Part shown: piece by piece, positions 7,413-11,800 of the stretch
Layout: the number at the start of each line of letters is the position of its first letter
Numbering within the stretch: position 1 is the first letter of the stretch
Notes under the pieces: model-generated
Seen by the model: the letters and a program-made list of their open reading frames with translations, nothing else
Databases searched by the model: none
What the model was told of the DNA's origin: nothing
Position numbers and translations under genes: made by a program
From: Candidatus Omnitrophota bacterium
Lineage (GTDB): Bacteria; Omnitrophota; Omnitrophia; Omnitrophales; Aquincolibacteriaceae
Length of the DNA stretch: 11,800 bases
Reading direction: 5' to 3'
NCBI GenBank assembly: GCA_043803685.1
Contig: JAZDJU010000069.1
Coordinates: 1-11,800, forward strand

Positions 7413-8852
7413 ATGGTGAACATCCGCCGTCTTGATCTCAGGGCCTGCGCCGTCGTTAGCCTGCTTGTGCTTTGGACCTCACTGACGTTCTCGATCGCGC
7501 TGACGGAGATCTCCTTTGTTTGCGCTCTTGTTTTTTGGATCGTCTGGCATATCCAACTGAAGGGGACAGGCACCTTTTTCGAGAAAAAACAAGGGTCCTG
7601 TGCCTGTGAGACTGGCTGGGTATTCTGGGCGCCGCTTGCTATTTTCTTTCTTTTCGTTGTCGCCTCCTACTTCGCTTCCGAGTATCCCAAGCAAAGCCTC
7701 CGGGGTCTCTTCAAGATCGCGAAACCGCTTCTCGCGTTTTGGATGGCTGCCAGCCTCTTCCGGGAGCCGCGGTCACGGGAAAAGTTCGACCTTGTTTTTC
7801 TGGCGACGTTTCTTTTGGTGATCGTTGATTGCTCGATCCAATACGCGTTCGGGAAAGATCTTCTTCGCGGGTTTGCTGCTGAGCATGCTTCCTCGGGGAT
7901 ACGCCTTATCGGATCCTTCGGTAACTTTGCGAAAATGGCGACTTATCTTGTGCTGGTCATTCCTGTTTTCATTTTGCGATTTTGGAGCGATTTTACCCGG
8001 ACCGGACGCCGTCGCGTTTCGTTTTACAGCCTGGCGCTCGCATTGGCAGGCCTCACACTTCTTTACCTGACCCGGTGCCGAGGCCCGGTCGTGGCGCTTG
8101 TGCTCGTGTTGAGTCTTGCGGCAGTTTATAAACGCTGGTTTAAGACGATCGGCATCGTGCTCCTGATAGGGCTCGCTCTGCTAGCCGTTGCGCCCCGGAA
8201 TATTTTGATCCATGAGAATGCGCAGGGTAAGGACCAATCCGCAGGAGAGCGTCAGGTCCTTTGGCGCCGCGCCCTCGATGTGATCGTTGCCAAGCCCTTG
8301 TTGGGAACGGGGATCAACACGTACGATAAGGCGCATGCCAAGTACGATACCCTTCGCCAGAGAAAGTATATTGCGATCTCTGATGGGGATAACCAGATTC
8401 GCCAAAACCCAGACGGATCCGTCAGCTTTGTGGGGCCGCGTGATGTTTGGACGTCGGACGTTCGTCAGGAAAGGATACGGATCGCCGGGAAAGACTACTT
8501 TATCCATAAGGATTCATTAGGAAAATATTTCATCTGGAATGATTTTGTCGCCCAAGGGTATTACGCGCACAACGGCTACCTCCAGCTCGCGGCGGAGATC
8601 GGGCTTCCCGGGATTTTTTCTCTATTGTTGTTCTTTTTCATATTCTTCCGGAGGGCGTATGGGAGACTGAAGACGGTCCGGAATTCTCCCGAGGAATATG
8701 AGCAGCTGGGGATCATGGCGGGGCTTCTGACCTTTCTGCTCTATGCCGCCGTCGACAACAATCTGCAAAGTCCCCCGTCCCTGATGTTTTTCTGGTTCTC
8801 AGCGGGTATTTTGATGGCTCGCCAGAATCCCGGGTCATTGCGGGATGCTTAA
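7413..8852 (+). CDS. O-antigen ligase family protein (WaaL/Wzy_C domain) with an inserted loop domain
   Basis: About 12 TM segments, [14 protein letters not shown] (T.SRG-like), [22 protein letters not shown] and [16 protein letters not shown]. Confidence 0.88.
   Translation: MVNIRRLDLRACAVVSLLVLWTSLTFSIALTEISFVCALVFWIVWHIQLKGTGTFFEKKQGSCACETGWVFWAPLAIFFLFVVASYFASEYPKQSLRGLFKIAKPLLAFWMAASLFREPRSREKFDLVFLATFLLVIVDCSIQYAFGKDLLRGFAAEHASSGIRLIGSFGNFAKMATYLVLVIPVFILRFWSDFTRTGRRRVSFYSLALALAGLTLLYLTRCRGPVVALVLVLSLAAVYKRWFKTIGIVLLIGLALLAVAPRNILIHENAQGKDQSAGERQVLWRRALDVIVAKPLLGTGINTYDKAHAKYDTLRQRKYIAISDGDNQIRQNPDGSVSFVGPRDVWTSDVRQERIRIAGKDYFIHKDSLGKYFIWNDFVAQGYYAHNGYLQLAAEIGLPGIFSLLLFFFIFFRRAYGRLKTVRNSPEEYEQLGIMAGLLTFLLYAAVDNNLQSPPSLMFFWFSAGILMARQNPGSLRDA
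7559..7607. repeat. REP-like palindromic element, copy 2, with a degenerate inverted partner, in frame within the ligase gene
   Basis: GAAGGGGACAGGCACCTTTTT (7559-7579). ACAGGCAC (7566-7573) pairs perfectly with GTGCCTGT (7600-7607), and TTTTT (7575-7579) pairs with AAAAA (7584-7588). Encodes [16 protein letters not shown] between two TM helices. Confidence 0.55.
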
Positions 8853-8853
8853 A

Positions 8854-9759
8854 ATGCAAAGCTATCGCCTTGATCATCTGGACCTGCTAGAGGCTGAGAG
8901 CATCCATATTCTCCGCGAGGTCGTGGCGTCGTTCGAGCGGCCCGTGATGCTTTATTCCGTGGGAAAGGATTCCTCAGTCATGGTTCGCCTTGCCCAAAAG
9001 GCATTCCACCCCGGCAAGATCCCGTTCCCGCTCCTTCACGTGGATACCACGATGAAATTCAAGGAGATGTACACGTTCCGGGACCGTTTTACAAAAGAGA
9101 TCGGGGCCGATCTCCGTGTCTATCAATATCAGATAGCTCTCGATTCAGCGACGAATCCGTGGGACCTGGGCACGGTCCGGTGCTGCGGACAGCTTAAGAC
9201 GCAGGCGCTTTTGAGCGCGCTGAAGGAAGGCGGTTATGATGCCGCGATGGGTGGCGCGCGGCGGGATGAGGAAAAATCAAGAGCGAAGGAACGGATCTTC
9301 TCATTTCGCGACGCCTTCGGTCAGTGGGATCCCAAGAACCAGCGCCCGGAGCTGTGGGGAATTTATAACACGATCGTGAATAAGGGCGAAAGCATCCGCG
9401 TTTTTCCGCTTTCCAATTGGACTGAGCTGGATGTTTGGCAGTATATCCACCGGGAAAAGATCCCGGTGGTCCCTATGTATTTCGCTAAAGAGCGGGAAAT
9501 GGTCGTCCGCGAAGGGCAGCTGATCCCGCTCGACGGGCCGGTACCGCTCCGGGAAGGCGAGACGCCGCAGAAAGTCTTGTGCCGCTTCCGCACATTGGGT
9601 TGTTATCCCTGCACCGGGGCGGTGCGTTCCTCGGCGACGACGGTGCCCGAGATCATCGCGGAGATCATGACCGCGAAAAACTCCGAGCGGATCACTCGCC
9701 TGATCGATCATGATCAGGATGCCTCCATGGAACAGAAGAAAAAAGAAGGCTATTTTTAA
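8854..9759 (+). CDS. cysD: Sulfate adenylyltransferase (ATP sulfurylase) subunit 2
   Basis: [18 protein letters not shown]-loop [42 protein letters not shown] and C-terminal [11 protein letters not shown]. Start is ATG 8854 (1 nt after the ligase stop) or in-frame ATG 8845. Confidence 0.97.
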   Translation: MQSYRLDHLDLLEAESIHILREVVASFERPVMLYSVGKDSSVMVRLAQKAFHPGKIPFPLLHVDTTMKFKEMYTFRDRFTKEIGADLRVYQYQIALDSATNPWDLGTVRCCGQLKTQALLSALKEGGYDAAMGGARRDEEKSRAKERIFSFRDAFGQWDPKNQRPELWGIYNTIVNKGESIRVFPLSNWTELDVWQYIHREKIPVVPMYFAKEREMVVREGQLIPLDGPVPLREGETPQKVLCRFRTLGCYPCTGAVRSSATTVPEIIAEIMTAKNSERITRLIDHDQDASMEQKKKEGYF

Positions 9760-11676
9760 ATGGGAACCGTGACGCCCGGAGTAAAAGCCGTTCTCCAGAA
9801 AAGCCGGGAAGCGGACCTCCTCCGCATATCGACCGCTGGAAGCGTGGATGACGGAAAATCCACGCTGATCGGGAGACTTCTCTTTGAAGCGAACGGCCTT
9901 TATGAAGACCAGCTCGCGGCGGTACGCAAGGATTCGGCGAGGCTTAGCCGCGGGGACGTGGACCTGTCGCTCGTGATGGACGGGCTTAAAGCCGAACGCG
10001 AACAAGGGATAACGATCGACGTGGCGTATCGCTACTTCTCGACTCCCAAGCGCCATTTCATTATCGCGGACACTCCGGGCCATGAACAATACACCCGCAA
10101 CATGGCGACGGGAGCTTCGACGTCGGACCTCGCGATCGTTTTGATCGACGCTCAAAAAGGGGTCTTGACCCAATCCAAGCGTCACGCTTTTATCGCGTCG
10201 CTTCTCGGGATCAAGCATCTGGTGGTCGCGGTCAACAAAATGGATCTCACCGGTTATTCGGAGGCGGTGTTCGGCGGGATCGTGCGGGACTTTGAGAACT
10301 TCGCTGAAAAACTCCAGGTTCCCGATATTCTCTATGTCCCGATCAGCGCCCTGAAGGGGGACAATGTTGTTACGAAAAGCGACCCGATGTCGTGGTATGA
10401 AGGGCCGTCACTTTTGAAACACCTGGAGGGTGTTCACGTTCTAAGCGATCGCAACTTGATCGATCTTCGTTTCCCAATACAGTATGTCATTCGGCACGGC
10501 AGTGATTTCCGTGGCTATGCGGGACGGCTCTCGTCGGGGGTGATCCGCAAAGGGGACGAGGTCATGGTTCTTCCTTCCCAGCGGAGGACGCGTGTTCGTT
10601 CGATCATGGGCTATGAAGGAGAGCTTGCGTGCGCTTTTTCGCCGCAATCGGTCCAGGTGACGCTTGAGGACGAGATCGATATTACACGGGGAGACATGCT
10701 TGTCCATTCGGCCAACCTGCCACAGGTCCGCCGCGAGATCGAAGCGATCCTTGTTTGGATGGACGAGGCAGCGCTCGAGTCCGGGAAGGTTTACTGGATC
10801 AAGCACACGACCCAGCTTGTCAAATGTTCGGTCACGCGAACCCGTTTCCGCATCGATCCCAACACCTTGAGCCGTCAGGATGCCACGGCGCTCGAATTGA
10901 ACGAGATCGGACGCGTGACGATTCAGACCTTTCGCTCCATTTTCTGCGATGAATACACGAAGAACCGTCAGACGGGAAGTTTTATTCTGATCGACCCGGT
11001 GACGCACGCGACCGCGGCTTGTGGAATGATCCTTGAGCGTGGTCGTTTGCCGGACGGGGACAAGCCTGTCTCCGGGAGTGTTGCCATCCATCGCCAAGAG
11101 GGCTTCGTCACAGCGAAAGACCGCGCGCGTATTTTGAAGCAACGTCCCGCGACCGTTTGGCTTACGGGTTTGAGCGGTTCGGGAAAATCGGCTGTTGCCT
11201 ATGACCTTGAAAAAAGGCTGATCGCCGAGGGGCATGCGTGTTATGTCCTAGATGGCGATAATGTTCGCCGTGGACTCAACCGCGATCTTGGTTTTTCACC
11301 GCAAGACCGCACGGAGAACATTCGCCGGGTGGCCGAAGTCGCGCGCCTCTTGAACGAGGCTGGCATGATCGTGATCACGGCTTTTATTTCTCCGTACCGG
11401 GAGGATCGCGAGCGGGCCCGGGAAATTATTGAGAAGGAACGTTTTATCGAGGTGTTCCTGGACGCGCCGCTCACCGTTTGTGAAAAGAGGGATCCTAAGG
11501 GGCTCTACGCAAAAGCCAGGGCCGGATTGATCCCTGATTTTACGGGTGTGAATGCGCCGTATGAAGCTCCGGTTTCTCCCGATATGCATCTGCACACGGA
11601 TCGTGAAAGCGCCGATCTGTGCGCGGAAACGATTGGCCGCTTTCTACGAGAGCGCGGCCATCTGGGTGGATCATGA
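9760..11676 (+). CDS. cysNC: Bifunctional sulfate adenylyltransferase subunit 1 (GTPase) / adenylylsulfate kinase
   Basis: EF-Tu-like G domain (GSVDDGKST, EREQGITIDVAYRYF, DTPGHEQY, NKMD, SALKG) fused to APS kinase (WLTGLSGSGKS, LDGDNVR, ISPYR, RDPKGLY, FTGVNAPYE). Starts immediately after the cysD TAA. Confidence 0.97.
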   Translation: MGTVTPGVKAVLQKSREADLLRISTAGSVDDGKSTLIGRLLFEANGLYEDQLAAVRKDSARLSRGDVDLSLVMDGLKAEREQGITIDVAYRYFSTPKRHFIIADTPGHEQYTRNMATGASTSDLAIVLIDAQKGVLTQSKRHAFIASLLGIKHLVVAVNKMDLTGYSEAVFGGIVRDFENFAEKLQVPDILYVPISALKGDNVVTKSDPMSWYEGPSLLKHLEGVHVLSDRNLIDLRFPIQYVIRHGSDFRGYAGRLSSGVIRKGDEVMVLPSQRRTRVRSIMGYEGELACAFSPQSVQVTLEDEIDITRGDMLVHSANLPQVRREIEAILVWMDEAALESGKVYWIKHTTQLVKCSVTRTRFRIDPNTLSRQDATALELNEIGRVTIQTFRSIFCDEYTKNRQTGSFILIDPVTHATAACGMILERGRLPDGDKPVSGSVAIHRQEGFVTAKDRARILKQRPATVWLTGLSGSGKSAVAYDLEKRLIAEGHACYVLDGDNVRRGLNRDLGFSPQDRTENIRRVAEVARLLNEAGMIVITAFISPYREDRERAREIIEKERFIEVFLDAPLTVCEKRDPKGLYAKARAGLIPDFTGVNAPYEAPVSPDMHLHTDRESADLCAETIGRFLRERGHLGGS

Positions 11677-11800
11677 CCTACGCGGTGATCGCGGCGGTCG
11701 CTTTTATGAGCGAATATCTGGATTCCGGGGTGGGCATGGGGTATGGGACCGCGCTCGCGCCGAACCTGATACTGATGGGGTTTTATCCCTTGCAAGTGGT
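11673..11800 (+). CDS. TauE/SafE (TSUP) family permease, 5' part only
   Basis: ATGA overlap with the cysNC stop. Open to the window end: MTYAVIAAVAFMSEYLDSGVGMGYGTALAPNLILMGFYPLQV, with the DS-x-x-GMGYGT signature seen at the start of TauE/SafE proteins. Not listed in the ORF track because it is truncated. Confidence 0.78.
   Translation, partial: MTYAVIAAVAFMSEYLDSGVGMGYGTALAPNLILMGFYPLQV

Noticed and set aside
7159..7419. 86-aa + strand ORF spanning the intergenic element
   Set aside because: More than half overlaps the GT2 gene out of frame, it has no clear SD, and the remainder is translated repeat sequence.
8352..8543. Ligase insertion as a mini-intein
   Set aside because: No N-terminal Cys/Ser block or C-terminal HN-[C/S/T] junction, and it is too short. 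The HN present is the ligase's own AHNG motif.
9301..10218. 305-aa minus-strand ORF, plus the 264-aa ORF at 10441-11235 and other antisense ORFs
   Set aside because: They lie entirely opposite well-conserved genes, show no recognisable motifs, and are the expected shadow ORFs of GC-rich codon usage.
11050..11075. Small GGGGACA/TGTCTCC hairpin in the CysN-CysC linker
   Set aside because: Only a 7-bp stem with a G-T pair and no A/T flanks, compatible with chance in GC-rich DNA.

Overview
One continuous + strand operon for cell-surface glycan synthesis and decoration that runs directly into sulfate activation. Gene order: partial GT4 glycosyltransferase, SAM methyltransferase, CDP-alcohol phosphotransferase, DUF2079-type membrane protein, PMT/ArnT-like (GT-C) membrane glycosyltransferase, two GT2 glycosyltransferases, O-antigen ligase-family protein, cysD, fused cysNC, and the 5' end of a TauE/SafE-family permease absent from the ORF track. 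Nearly all junctions overlap or are 0-2 nt apart. The only real gap (7299-7412, 36% GC) holds a TA-flanked 93-bp MITE-like element with nested hairpins and a 21-bp REP-like palindrome. A second copy of that palindrome sits in frame inside the ligase gene. Other notable points: a ~60-aa beta-rich insertion next to the ligase catalytic His, a CysD with an APS-reductase-like CC...CxxC motif, an Asp-to-His change at the fourth catalytic Asp of the CDP-alcohol phosphotransferase, and strong GATC enrichment. The best system-level hypothesis (inference) is a pathway making a methylated, phosphodiester-modified and possibly sulfated surface glycan, although no sulfotransferase is visible in the window. 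All family calls come from motif recognition by eye; no database searches were run.
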